Below are positions 12,045 to 23,516 of a stretch of 64,000 bases of DNA, one piece after another. The stretch comes from Dendrobates tinctorius (Eukaryota). Both the position numbers and the translations under genes were made by a program. Location: the NCBI RefSeq assembly GCF_039654945.1, contig NW_027361688.1, forward strand, positions 31,310,001-31,374,000, in the 5' to 3' direction. The notes under the pieces were generated by a model. The model was not told the origin of the DNA. It made no database searches and worked only from the letters and a program-made list of their open reading frames with translations. Each line of letters begins with the position of its first letter. Position 1 is the stretch's first letter.

Positions 12045-13435
12045 TGCGTGTGTGTGCGAGGTGTACGGAGCAGAGCTGCGAATGTGCGAGGTGTATGGAG
12101 TGGAGCCGTGTGTGTACAAGGTGTACGGAGTGGAGCTGCGAATGTGCAAAGTGTACGGAGCGGAGCCGCTAATGTGCGAGGTGTACAGAGCGGAGCTGCA
12201 AATGTGCGAGGTGTACGGAGCAGAGCCGTGAGTGTACGAGGTGTGTGGAGCGGAGCCATGCGTGTACAAGGTGTACGGAGCGGAGCCGCGCACGGTGTAT
12301 GGAGCGGAGCCGTGCACGCGAGAGGTGTACGGAGTGGAGCCGCACGCGCGAGGTTTACAAGTTGTACGGAGCGGAGCCCTGTGTGTACAGAGCTGAGCTG
12401 TGCATGTGCGAGGTGTACGGAGCGGAGCCGCGTGTGTGTACGAGGTATACGGAGTGGAGCTGCATGTGTGTACGGAGCGAAGCCGCGTATGTGTACGAGG
12501 TGTACGGAACGGAGCCCTGTGTGTACAGAGCTGAGCTGCACGTGTGCGAGGTGTACAATGCGGGACTGCAAGTGTGCGAGGCGTACGGAGCGGAGCCGCG
12601 TGTGTGTACGAGGTGTAAGGAGTGGAGCCACGTGTGTACGAAGTGTACAGAGCGGAGCCGCATGTGTGTACGGAGCGAAGCCGCGTGTGTGTACGAGGTG
12701 TACGGAGCGAAGCCGCGTGTGTGTACGAGGTGTACAGAACGGAGTACTGTGTGTACAGAGCAGAGCTGCACGTGTGCGAGGTGTATGGAGCAGAGCCGTG
12801 TGTGTGTATGAGGTGTACGGAGGGGACCCGCGTGTGTACGAGGTGTATGGAGTGGAGCCGCATGTGTGTACGGAGCAGAGCCGCATGTGTGTACGGAGCG
12901 GAGCCGCATGTGTGTACGGAGCGAAGCCGCGTGTGTGTACGAGGTGTACGGAATGGAGTCCTGTGTGTACAGAGCTGAGCTGCACGTGTGCAAGGTGTAC
13001 GGAGTGGGGCTGCGCGTGTGCGAGGTGTACGGAGCGGAGCCACGTTTGTGCGGAGCCGCGTGTGTGTACGAGGGGTACGGAGCGAAGCCGCGTGTGTGTA
13101 CGGAGCGGAGCCGCATATGTACGATGTGTACGGAACAGAGCCCTGTGTGTACAAAACTGAGACATGTGTTTACAGAGCGGAGCCGCGTGTGTACGAGGTG
13201 TATGGAGCAAAGCCGCATGTGTACAAGGTTTACAGAGCAGAGCCATGTGTGTGCAAGGTGTACAGAGCGTGGCCGCATGTGTATAAGGTGTACGGATTGG
13301 AGCCACATGTGTACGAGGTTTACGGATTGGAGCCGTGTGTGTGCGAGGTGTACGGAGCGAAGCCGTGTGTACGAGGCATACAAAGCGGAACAGTGTGTGA
13401 ATGAGGTGTGCGGAGCCATGCGTGTACAAGGTGTA
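12045..13435. repeat. GT-rich minisatellite, 22-32 bp variant units (GTGTACGGAGCGGAGCCGCGTGTGTGTACGAG)
   Basis: Direct tandem repetition; accounts for the long low-complexity ORFs in several frames. Confidence 0.9.
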
Positions 13436-13447
13436 TGATGGGGAGCA

Positions 13448-14460
13448 TTCATACCTCCCAACCGTCCCAGATTTTGAGTGACTGCCCCGACTGGGAGCTT
13501 ACTTTTCCCGCGGACACAGGAGTATACGGCGGAGCCCCGAGGAGCACTAGAAAACTCGCACGTGACATTCCATCGGAAGTGACGTGCTGGATGCTGACCA
13601 GAGGAGATTGTTATGGAACCATGGAGGCACTTCAGGGAATGCTTCAGATCATCACCATATCCTCCTCCGACAGCGCGGACAGCGGGATTGTCTTGGACTC
13701 GGGGATGATGGCCATGCGAGTTTATCATAATATGTCCTGCACTAGGAGGCTCAGGTGGGCACTACAATGCGAGCCGGGCTGGTATAGTATCTTTATAGAA
13801 TCTTTCTTTCCCCTCTTTCCTTGTCTTTCATTCTTTCTTTCTTTCTTTCACTTGCTGTTTTTTCTTTCCCCTCTTTGTTTCTCTCTCCCTTTCTGTTCTT
13901 TCTTTTTTCTCTCTTTGTTCTTTCTTTCACCTCTTTCTTTCTCTTTCTTTCTCTCTTTGTTCCTTCTTTCCCCTCTTTCTTTCTCTCTCCCTCGCTGTTC
14001 CTTCTTTCTTTCCCCTTTCTTTCTTTTTCTCTCTCTGTTCTTTCTTTCCCTTTCTTTCTTTCTCTCCCTGCTCTTTCTTTCCCCTCTTTCTTTCTCTCTC
14101 CCTCTCTGTTCTTTCTTTCTTTCTTTCTTCTCTTTCTTTTTTTCTCTCGCTGTTCTTTTTTCTGTCCCCTCTTTCTTGCTCTCTGTTCTTTTTTCCTTTC
14201 TCTCTCTGTTTCTTCCTTCTTTCTCTGTTCTTTCTTTCTCTCTCCTTTTTTTCTCTCTCTTTTTCTTTTTTCTCTCTCTCTCTGTTGTATCTTTCTTTTC
14301 CTCAGTACCAGTCAATGTGCCCACAGTACCAGCCACTGTGCCCATAATGCCAGCCACTGTGCCCTCAGTACCAGTCAGTGTGATCAGCAGTGTTAAATAG
14401 GTGTGGTTGGGGCGTGGACATGGGTGTGACTAATTGTGAAATGGGTGTGGTCGGGCGGCC
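13448..14460. mobile_element. hAT-type MITE (CATACCTCCCAAC terminus) containing CT-rich microsatellite
   Basis: CATACCTCCCAACCGTCCC start; (CT/TTC)n tract at about 13800-14300; second TIR not found. Confidence 0.5.
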
Positions 14461-15188
14461 GGTAACCAATCATCATAGTGGCTGTCATCTGTTTCCATCA
14501 ACTTTGATATATGTGGGCAGTGGGCACCTCTAGCAAGGTGGGCACGAGATGGCGGGTCTTGTCGCCTCTGCCTCACACATAAGTTACTATGAGGTGTACT
14601 TTATTCCTGCCACATTTCTTTCTTGGCCTACTGAGAGAAATGTTTTGACCAGTTGAAAGTTATACAACCTGAGGATTGTGCATGTGTACGCTGCCTGCAT
14701 GTAGTAATATGTGTCCGTATATATATACTTACTCCGATCCCTATATAAACCCTGCCCCTCCGACCGCCATCCACTTTCCCATGCTCCTGTACCAATCCTG
14801 GGGTCTTTTTTGTCCCCCCTTGGTCCTCCACATGCTGAACATCTGGGACATGACTAACATTGCGCATTGTGCGCTTGTTTGTCGCCAGATGCAGCGACGT
14901 GTCAAGTGTGTGAGGAGACGGCGACTTGTCTGTGGCGATAACCTCTCTGCTGCCATGTTGGGCACAGCCTGTGACAACGAGTGTCTCTTCCTGTGTATCC
15001 GGCCACAGGCTGTACATTGTAGGCTGCTTCTTCTATCTGGGGAAGCCTCTGTGTGACTCATGTGAAGTAACTTGTCTGACAGGTCATGGGTCCAGGTCAG
15101 CAGGTGATTGCAGACTATTAGCTGGTTTCGATGTTGGGTACAGGTGAGTCAGGACTAGATGTTGGGTGGAAGCCTTCCAGTATTTGTA

Positions 15189-15392
15189 AGGCCTCGTGCA
15201 CACGCTGAGTATTTGGTGAGTTTTTACCTCAGTATTTATAAGGCCTCGTGCACACGCTGAGTATTTGTTGAGTTTTTCACTCAGTATTTGTAAGGTCTCA
15301 TGGACACACTGAGCATTTGCTGTTTTTTACCTCAGTATTTGTGAGGCCTCGTGCACACGTTGCGGATTTGCAGAGTTTTTTTACCTCAGTAT
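15189..15392. repeat. About 52-bp tandem repeat x4 derived from a Harbinger MITE end
   Basis: AGGCCTCGTGCACACGCTGAGTATTTG..TTTTTACCTCAGTATTT repeated. Confidence 0.7.
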
Positions 15393-16950
15393 TTAACCCC
15401 TTCCCGCCCCTTGACGCACCGTATGCGTCATGAAAACTAGTGACTTCCCGACCCCGTCAAATGATCGGGGGGCCCACAGAGCCTGAACAGCCCGGGGCCC
15501 TGACTACCCTTAATCCACCCCTGGTTGTTGTCTTGACTTTTTGACATTCACCATCCAGCCAAGTCTCTGTAGGGTATCTGTGGCGCCCGTGAGGCTCAGT
15601 CGCCACAGAGGTACTGCACCTTCTCCTAAGGTGTAGTGCCCCACCACCTAGGTAAGTTGGGAACTCCTTTCCACCCTCCAACACCTGCATCCCCCACACA
15701 GGATAGTTCAGCACTGATCACATTGCGGCTCATGCTTAGAGGGTAGCAGAGCACGTCTGGTGATTCCTTGTTTCGTAACACGAGATGTGCTTGGAGGTGG
15801 GTGGAGTTGAGATCCATATAAAAGAGGGGGAAGGTTTAGAATTGCAGGTCAGTCAGGGGTAGTCCCAGAGAAGTAGAGCAGGCTGACAGAAGGTCAGTCT
15901 GACAGGAGGTCAGGCGAGAGGAGTTCAGTTCTGAAGTTAGTTTTGAGTTCAGTTTGAGTTCAGTTTAGAAAGAGTGCTGCAGCTGCCTCAGTGATCTGAG
16001 CCAGCTGGCACGGGAAAGGAACAGAAGGAGAAAGACGTAGAACTGCAACCTAAGCTTCCATAAGAGAGAGAAGGAACAGCGCGGAAAAAAGGAGTAGGAG
16101 AACAGAGAGGAGTTGTGGGTTGGAAGAGGAACCCTGCCTATAGGTTCTCAGCGCAAGGCCGGGGCCTGGTCCCCGAGGTTGTATGGACACTTATGGTTCT
16201 GCAGAAGACACCGGTGGAGTAGTGGGCTGTAAATGCACTACTCCCATCTAAAACTTGGGACACAACAGCAACACGGATAGAGAGCCGAGATCCATGAGGT
16301 CCCTGATCGGGCTACAGCTGTCTGTCATATAAGAAAGGTTCTAGGAACATCTGACAGGAGGAACTTCAGAGTAACCACGGTACTGGAGTTCTTCACACTG
16401 AAAGGCGCAATAGAGGAGTCGTTCAGGAAAGGCACATGTTGGCGGAGTGTTGGAGAGGAGAATCCTGACTTGCCCGGGAGGTTGATTGAATCTCTACCCC
16501 GAAGGACACGGCACGGAGGGAGGCACCAGTGGGTACCACGAACTGTGAGTAAAGCTTTGAAACTGCAAGCCCTGGTGTCCTCCATTCATTCGCCACTAAC
16601 ACCTTCAGCACCGCTACATCTGGGTATCGGCATCTATACCATTCTGCGCCTCTCCTCATCCATTGCACCTACACTGCCCTGGGACTACAGCTCCACCTGT
16701 GGGGAGCTACACCATCTTTGCTGCACCACACCATCAGTCTCAGTGGATCTGCATGCAGCGTTAGCTCAACATCTTACTTGCCAAACACCACAGGTGGCGT
16801 CACAAACTATTCACCATTAACTACATACACCACCATTGATATTGGGCGCCCAGGGCCACGGACCGGGTCACAGCTGCCGTGATACTATTCCTCTGACACC
16901 GGCCCGGTACCGAGTACCCCACAGCCCTGGGTGTGAGTGCGACCCAATTT

Positions 16951-16968
16951 TGGCGTCACGAACAGGAT
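16951..16968 (+). promoter_or_regulatory. Primer-binding site complementary to tRNA-Ser(CGA) 3' end
   Basis: TGGCGTCACGAACAGGAT, 4 nt after the LTR; reverse complement ATCCTGTTCGTGACGCCA matches a vertebrate tRNA-Ser(CGA) 3' end plus CCA (from memory); repeated at 20278-20295. Confidence 0.8.
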
Positions 16969-17019
16969 GACGAGACCCGATGCCATCAGGTTCTGTGCGT
17001 CTGAAATTTGTGAGACTTT

Positions 17020-18540
17020 GTGCTTTTGAAAATGTGCAGAAGACCTGATTTAATAGACTGTAAAATGGACATTAGAAATGGCTGCTGGCACGGAGAAGAA
17101 GGGCGTGAAGAGATGGGAGGTCCTAGGAAAAGACCGCGAAGAGTATTGGGCCTTCCCTGCCTGAATTACTATGTGACAGCGACATGGCCCACCCCCCGAG
17201 GGGTTCGTATACTGGCTTGGTATGGAGGCGCTGGAAGAAGACGCCGCCCCCGGAAGGAGGGGCAGAAGAAGCCAGTGGCGGGAAAGGGGCCGAGGCAGGA
17301 AGAAGAACGCCAGAACGCCATTTTGAAGAGTGAGGGAAGGAGGCCTGCGGAGCACGGGGAAACGGATCTTCCTGGCGCCATGGCTGACGGCTCCAACCCG
17401 AACTCCAGAATGAACCGCCAGCAACTGGAAGCCGAAATTGCTGAATTGACAGCCAGTCTGCAGCTGAGGAAGGATGCCTTAGAGAAGCTGAGACGGCAGC
17501 ACGCCCCGGCGGGGCCTACACCAGCGGTACCCTCTCCATCGGTACCTGCCGCTACCACACCGGACTGTCCCCGAGCAGCGCTGATCTATACGTCTACCCT
17601 GACTGTACGGCTGAGTGCCGCCTGCTCGAAGGAGTTACCGGAGGACCCAGGAGTGGAAGCGGAGCTCTCGCCCGGACCTGACATGGCTGCGCAGGTCCCC
17701 GCAGAGACCCCTGCGGATCCGGAGCCACCATCCGCTCCATCACCGCCTGCACCGGAGCAGAGGCCGCACCGCCCGGAGGCCCCAGGTATGTCGGATGTTC
17801 CTCCACCTGGGGAGGCCCTGGGGTGTACCGCAGTTGCAGCGGCTGGCCAGGTCGTCCTGGATTTGGTCTGGGACCGGGATGCCAGTGCCGTGGGTGAGGG
17901 CAGGTCCCGGGAAGAGCGGGAGGAAGAAGAGAGTTGGGCAGGATGTCGGGACACCATTCGACAGCTGGCAGCGGAATACCGGGAGAGAGAGCAGAGACAG
18001 AAGGCTGCGCTGGGCCCGGATCTGGCCCGGAAAGAGTGGGCCCGGGCTGGGCATCATGGTCCCCAGGATGCAGCTGGATGGAGGCAGGTGCTGAATGTAT
18101 GCCGAGAGAAGGGTTTCAGATTTATTGCGGTCCCCAAAAGAATCAGCGACCTGTTCTTTAACCGGCAGGATGTGGAGCCCCATCTGAGGAGGGGGCATCC
18201 TGATAGAGACCTGAAGCCTGGAGAGTATGTAACCTTCACCCGGCATGAGGGACTCTTGGGGTGGTGCGCCCTGAATATCCGCCGTATTCCGGAGTTTATT
18301 GAAAGGTACAAGCCAAAGAGACCTGTTGCTGCCCCTCCACCCACCGTTGCTACTCAGACTGCTCAGGTACCCAATCCTAGGAACCAGGCTGCTCTTGCAT
18401 CACCTGCAGTTCGGCAGCCCAAACCAAAGATCCCTGGCTTGACACCGTGGGAAGAGGAGTACTTAAGTATTGCCAACGACTACTTTGAATCTGGTAGCAG
18501 TTCCAGTTCTTCCAGAACCCCAGGAGGGGATCAGCACTAA
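17020..18540 (+). CDS. LTR-element ORF: basic N-terminus, coiled coil, Pro-rich linker, cold-shock domain
   Basis: Open 506-codon frame (ATG candidates 17064 and 17380). About 18076-18285 reads ..EKGFRFIAVPKRISDLFFNRQDV..LKPGEYVTFTRHEGLLGWCALNIR, matching the CSD pattern (KGFGFI..DVFVH..L.EG..VEF....KG..A.NV). Confidence 0.7.
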   Translation: MLLKMCRRPDLIDCKMDIRNGCWHGEEGREEMGGPRKRPRRVLGLPCLNYYVTATWPTPRGVRILAWYGGAGRRRRPRKEGQKKPVAGKGPRQEEERQNAILKSEGRRPAEHGETDLPGAMADGSNPNSRMNRQQLEAEIAELTASLQLRKDALEKLRRQHAPAGPTPAVPSPSVPAATTPDCPRAALIYTSTLTVRLSAACSKELPEDPGVEAELSPGPDMAAQVPAETPADPEPPSAPSPPAPEQRPHRPEAPGMSDVPPPGEALGCTAVAAAGQVVLDLVWDRDASAVGEGRSREEREEEESWAGCRDTIRQLAAEYREREQRQKAALGPDLARKEWARAGHHGPQDAAGWRQVLNVCREKGFRFIAVPKRISDLFFNRQDVEPHLRRGHPDRDLKPGEYVTFTRHEGLLGWCALNIRRIPEFIERYKPKRPVAAPPPTVATQTAQVPNPRNQAALASPAVRQPKPKIPGLTPWEEEYLSIANDYFESGSSSSSSRTPGGDQH

Positions 18541-20346
18541 AAATTCAAATCTCGTTACCCAGGAGGGTTTGTTTGCACCAGTTGTGCCTTCTTATTATCA
18601 TGTTTTTCTGGTAGCACTTTTGTTGCCATGGCAGCATTTTTCCCAATTTGAACTAGCGATCATGAACTTGGAGTGATCCAAAAACTTTTATTGTAAATAG
18701 TTGCGCCTCTTTAGGTGCCCTTTCTTGGTTTTACATATAGAGACACTTTGCAAAGATAATGTTTTTTCATGGACACTTTTCGAAGATGATGTCTACCTCA
18801 AAGGACACTGCAAGAAATCCCGGCTGGGAGCGGTGTCCAGCACTTACAAGAATAATTGTTGAATGTTTTACTGTGAAGTATTTGATAATGTGTTTTATAA
18901 GAGTATTAGTAACTGAGAAATGGCTTTTATAGAAGAATTAGGAATGTCTGATCTAGAGATGAGTGATGTGAATAAAGAATTGAAAGTAGACAGGTGACAG
19001 ACCAGGTATCTGCGGTCAGCGTCTTGCGTCTAGAAGAGTCAGTGAAAGTAGAAAAATAAATGTGCACTAGAGAAGGAAAGATGAGAGAAAATGTGTTAGA
19101 GAATAGCACTTTGAATTGAGAATTGCACTTAGAATTAAAAATTTTAGATGGAATTGTTTGTAACGTTCAAGATGAGTACCTCCTATACTAGGAAGATTAG
19201 TATAAGAAAGTTTGGTATGCATTGCAAAATGTTTGTATGTTTCTTTGCTGTCTACTTTGTTATCTTGCAGCCCGCGGACGTGCTGTGTTTAACGGGGGGG
19301 TATGTGGCGCCCCTGAGGCTCAGTCGCCACAGAGGTACTGCACCTTCTCCTAAGGTGTAGTGCCCCACCACCTAGGTAAGTTGGGAACTCCTTTCCACGC
19401 TCCAACACCTGCATCCCACGCACAGGATAGTTCAGCACTGATCACATTGCGGCTCATGCTTAGAGGGTAGCAGAGCACGTCTGGTGATTCCTTGCTTCGT
19501 AACACGAGATGTGCTGGGAGGTGGGTGGAGTTGAGATCCATATAAAAGAGGGGGAAGGTTTAGAATTGCAGGTCAGTCTGGGGGAGTCCCAGAGAAGTAG
19601 AGCAGGCTGACAGAAGGTCAGGCGAGAGGAGTTCAGTTCTGAAGTTAGTTTTGAGTTCAGTTTGAGTTCAGTTTAGAAAGAGTGCTGCAGCTGCCTCAGT
19701 GATCTGAGCCATCTGGCACGGGAAAGGAACAGAAGGAGAAAGACGCAGAACTGCAACCTAAGCTTCCATAAGAGAGAGAAGGAACAGCGCGGAACTAAGG
19801 AGTAGGAGAACAGAGAGTTGTGGGTTGGAAGAGGAACCCTGCCTATAGGTTCTCAGCGCAAGGCCGGGGCCTGGTCCCCGAGGTTGTATGGACACTTATG
19901 GTTCTGCAGCAGACACCGGTGGAGTAGTGGGCTGTAAATGCACTACTCCCATCTAAGACTTGGGACACAACAGCAACACGGATAGAGAGCCGGGATCCAG
20001 GAGGTCCCTGATCGGGCTACAGCTGTCTGTCATATAAGAAAGGTTCTAGGAACATCTGACAGGAGGAACGTCAGAGTAACCACGGTACTGGAGTTCTTCA
20101 CACTAAAAGGCGCAATAGAGGAGTCGTTCAAGAAAGGCACATGTTGGCGGAGTGTTGGAGAGGAGAATCCTGACTTGCCCGGCCACGGACCGGGTCACAG
20201 CTGCCGTGATACTATTCCCCTGACACCGGCCCGGTCCCGAGTACCCCACAGCCCTGGGTGTGAGGGCGACCCAATTTTGGCGTCACGAACAGGATGACGA
20301 GACCCGATGCCATCGGGTTCTGTGCATCTGAAATTTGTGAGACTTT

Positions 20347-21416
20347 GTGCTTTTGAAAATGTGCAGAAGACCTGATTTAATAGACTGTAAAATGGACATT
20401 AGAAATGGCCACTGGCGCACAGAAGAAGGGCGTGAAGAGATGGGAGGTCCTAGGAATAGACCACGAAGAGTATTGGGCCTTCCCTGCCTGAATTACTATG
20501 TGACAGCGACATGGCCCACCCCCCGAGGGGTTCGTATACTGGCTTGGTATGGAGGCGCTGGAAGAAGACGCCGCCCCCCGGAAGGAGGGGCAGAAGAAGC
20601 CAGTGGCGGGAAAGGGGACGAGGCAGGTAGAAGAACGCCATGATGAAGGAAGACGAGAAGTCAGAAGACCAGGGGGAGGAGAGGCCTCTTGCCCCTAGGC
20701 CGCCCATGCGGAGGCTGCGACCGCTGATACATCCTCAGCAGCGGCCGCCACCACCGCTCCGACACCCTTTACAGCGTCCGCCGCTGCCGCCAGGCCAGTG
20801 CTGTCATTGGATGCGGCCTGCCAGGAGAAGATACATGAGAGTTCCGGAGATTGTGGGACGGGAGCGGAGACCCAGCCCGAAGCCGGCGCAGCCACGCAGA
20901 CTCCTGCCTGCCTGTCCTGGTCCTGAGCCGGGACGGATAGAGCTACCGGCTGTACGACAGACAACCCTGGGGGTTGCAACTGCCATCATTCGCCATCCAG
21001 TGCCCCCGCAGGAGCCAGAACATCACCGGGAGGTAGCAGGTATGATGACTGCCCCTACCATGATCCTAGTATTAGGAGCCGCAGACAGAAACGGTCCAGT
21101 GATCGCGCCGACATCAGTGGGCGGCCACCAAATTGCCTTATACCCGCAGCAGCCGGCCATAGTACCATTTGCTATGATACCCCCTGCAGTCACGGAACAA
21201 CACCTATCGGTACCCGCTGCCGCTTTGGCCAAATCGCTGATGGCAGAAATATCGGCTGCAATCCCTGCAGAACCCCAAGTAACAGACTTATCTGCCACCA
21301 CAGTGTCTGCACAGGCAGCTGCTAATCTTATCCCTGAAGAGAATCAAGATAAAGATACCACATCTGGTAGCAGTTTCCAATTAGCTTCCAGAACCCCAGG
21401 AGGGGACCAGCATTAA
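20347..21416 (+). pseudogene. Second internal ORF variant (same N- and C-termini, unrelated Pro/Ala-rich middle), split by small indels
   Basis: Starts like the 17020 ORF and ends ..SRTPGGDQH*; an extra C and loss of an 8-bp repeat break it at about 20575-20640. Confidence 0.6.
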
Positions 21417-23516
21417 AAATAAGTTGTAAATCTCGTTACCCAGGAGGATTTGTTTGCACCGTTGTGCCTGTTTCTATTTTTGTTGTTATCATGTTTTTCT
21501 GGTAGCACTTTTGTTGCCTAACTTTTGCAGTGGCAGCGTTCTTCAATTTTGAACTACAATGATCATGAACTTGGAGTGTATCACAAACTCTCTTGTAAAT
21601 AGTTTGCGCCTCTTTAGGTGCTTTCTCTTGGTTTTACATAAGGACACTTTGCGAAGATGATGCTTTGCATGGACACTTTTCGAAGATGATGTCTACCTCA
21701 ATGGACACTGCAAGAAATCCCGGCTGGGAGCGGTGTCCAGCATTTACAAGAATCTTTGAGATGTTTTATTGTTGATAATGTGTTTTATAAGAGTATTAGT
21801 AACTGAGATGTTTTGATACAGAATTAAGAATAAAGAATTGAAAGTAGACAGGTGACGGACCAGGTACTTGTGGTTAGCGTCTTGCGTCTAGAAGAGACAG
21901 TGAAAGTAGAAAAATGATCAAGAAATGTGTACTAGAGAAGGAAAAGCTGAATAATACTGAAGTGATAGTGAGTTACAGACATTGGCACTTAGAATGAAAA
22001 ATTGCACTTTTGACTTGAAATTTAGATAGTTAAATAAGAATTGTTCGTAACGTTCAAGAATAAGTACCTCCTATACTAGGAAGTTTAGTATAAGAAAAGT
22101 TTGTTCTGTGTTGCAAAATTTTTGTATGTTTCTTTGCTGTCAACTTTGTTTACCTTGCTGCCCGCGGACGTGCTGTGTTTAACGGGGGGGGTATGTGGCG
22201 CCCCTGAGGCTCAGTCGCCACAGAGGTACTGCACCTTCTCCTAAGGTGTAGTGCCCCACCACCTAGGTAAGTTGGGAGCTCCTTTCCACACTCCAACACT
22301 CGCATCCCACACAACAGGGTAGTTCAGCACAACCACATTGAGGACTCTCTCTCCTCCTAGACATTAGGAGTGCCTTTGGTGGTTCCCTGCTTGGCACACT
22401 GGATGTGCTGGGAGGTGGGTGGAGTTGAGACCCATATAAAAGGTTGGGAAGGTTTAGAATTACAGATCAGTCTGAGATCAGATCAGTCTGGGTTGAGTCT
22501 GGACAGTCAGTCAGGAGAGTCTGAGGATGGGTCCGAGAGGAAGGAGATCCCTAGAAGAGGGAGAGAAGGAGTGCTGCAGCTGCCTCGGTGATCTGAGCCA
22601 GCTGGAATGGGAAAGGAACAAGAGAAAGACGTAGAACTGCAACCTAAGCTTCCATAGGAAAGAGAGACAAGTACGGAACGAAGGAGTAGAGAGAACAGAG
22701 AGGAGTTGTGGGTTGGAAGAGGAACCCTGCCTATAGGTTCTCAGAGCAGTATGGACACTTATGGTTCTGCAGCAGACACCGGTGGACTAGTTGGCTGTAA
22801 ATGCACTACTCTCAACTAAGACTCGGGGCACAACAGCAACTGAATAGAGAGCCAGGACTCCGGAGAAAGGGGTCCCCGACAGAGGCTACAGCTGTCTGCC
22901 ATGCGAATAGAATTGCTAGGAACATCTGACAGGAGGAACTCCAGAGTACCACGGTACTGGAGAGCTTCACACTAAAAGGCGCATTGGCGGAGTCGATCAG
23001 GAAAGGTACATGTTGGCGGAGTGTTGGAGAGGAGAGCCCTGACTTGCCCGGGAGGTTGACTGAGTCTCTGCCCCGGAGGACACGGCATGGAAGCGGGCAC
23101 CAGTGTGTACCACAAACTGTGAGTAAAGCGTTGAAACTGCAAGCCCTAGTGTCCTCCATTCATTTGCGCACTAACATCTTCAGCACCGCTACACCTGGGT
23201 ACCAATCCCCTCACCGCTTGTGCCTCTCCTCTAATCTTACATTCACACTGCCCTGGGACTACAGCTCCACCTGTGGGGAGCTACACCATCTTTGCTGCAC
23301 CATGTCATCAGTCCCAGTGGATCTGCATGCAGCGTTGGCTTAACATCTTACTTGCCAAACACCACAGGTGGCGTCACGAACTGTTCACATAAACTATATC
23401 ACAAACCACCATTGATTTGGGCGCCCAGGGCCACGGACCGGGTCACCGCTGCTGTGACACATCCCACTGACACCGGCTCAGTACCGAGTACCCCACGGCC
23501 CTGGGAGGGCGACCCA

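Larger units (their letters stand above)
15579..23516 (+). mobile_element. Tandem LTR-int-LTR-int-LTR array of a non-autonomous LTR retroelement
   Basis: LTR1 15579-16946, LTR2 19303-20273, LTR3 22194-23516 (TGTGGCGCCC...GCGACCCA); PBS after LTR1 and LTR2; G-run PPT before LTR2 and LTR3. Confidence 0.9.

Noticed and set aside
11802-13728. Long ORFs of 375-514 aa in several frames
   Set aside because: Produced by a stop-poor minisatellite; open on both strands; no domain.
13408-14400. Phe/Leu/Ser-rich and Lys/Glu/Arg-rich ORFs
   Set aside because: Translation of a CT microsatellite.
14460-15180. Possible decayed gypsy RNase H/integrase or zinc-finger remnant
   Set aside because: Frames broken and no complete HHCC, DDE or C2H2 motif readable.
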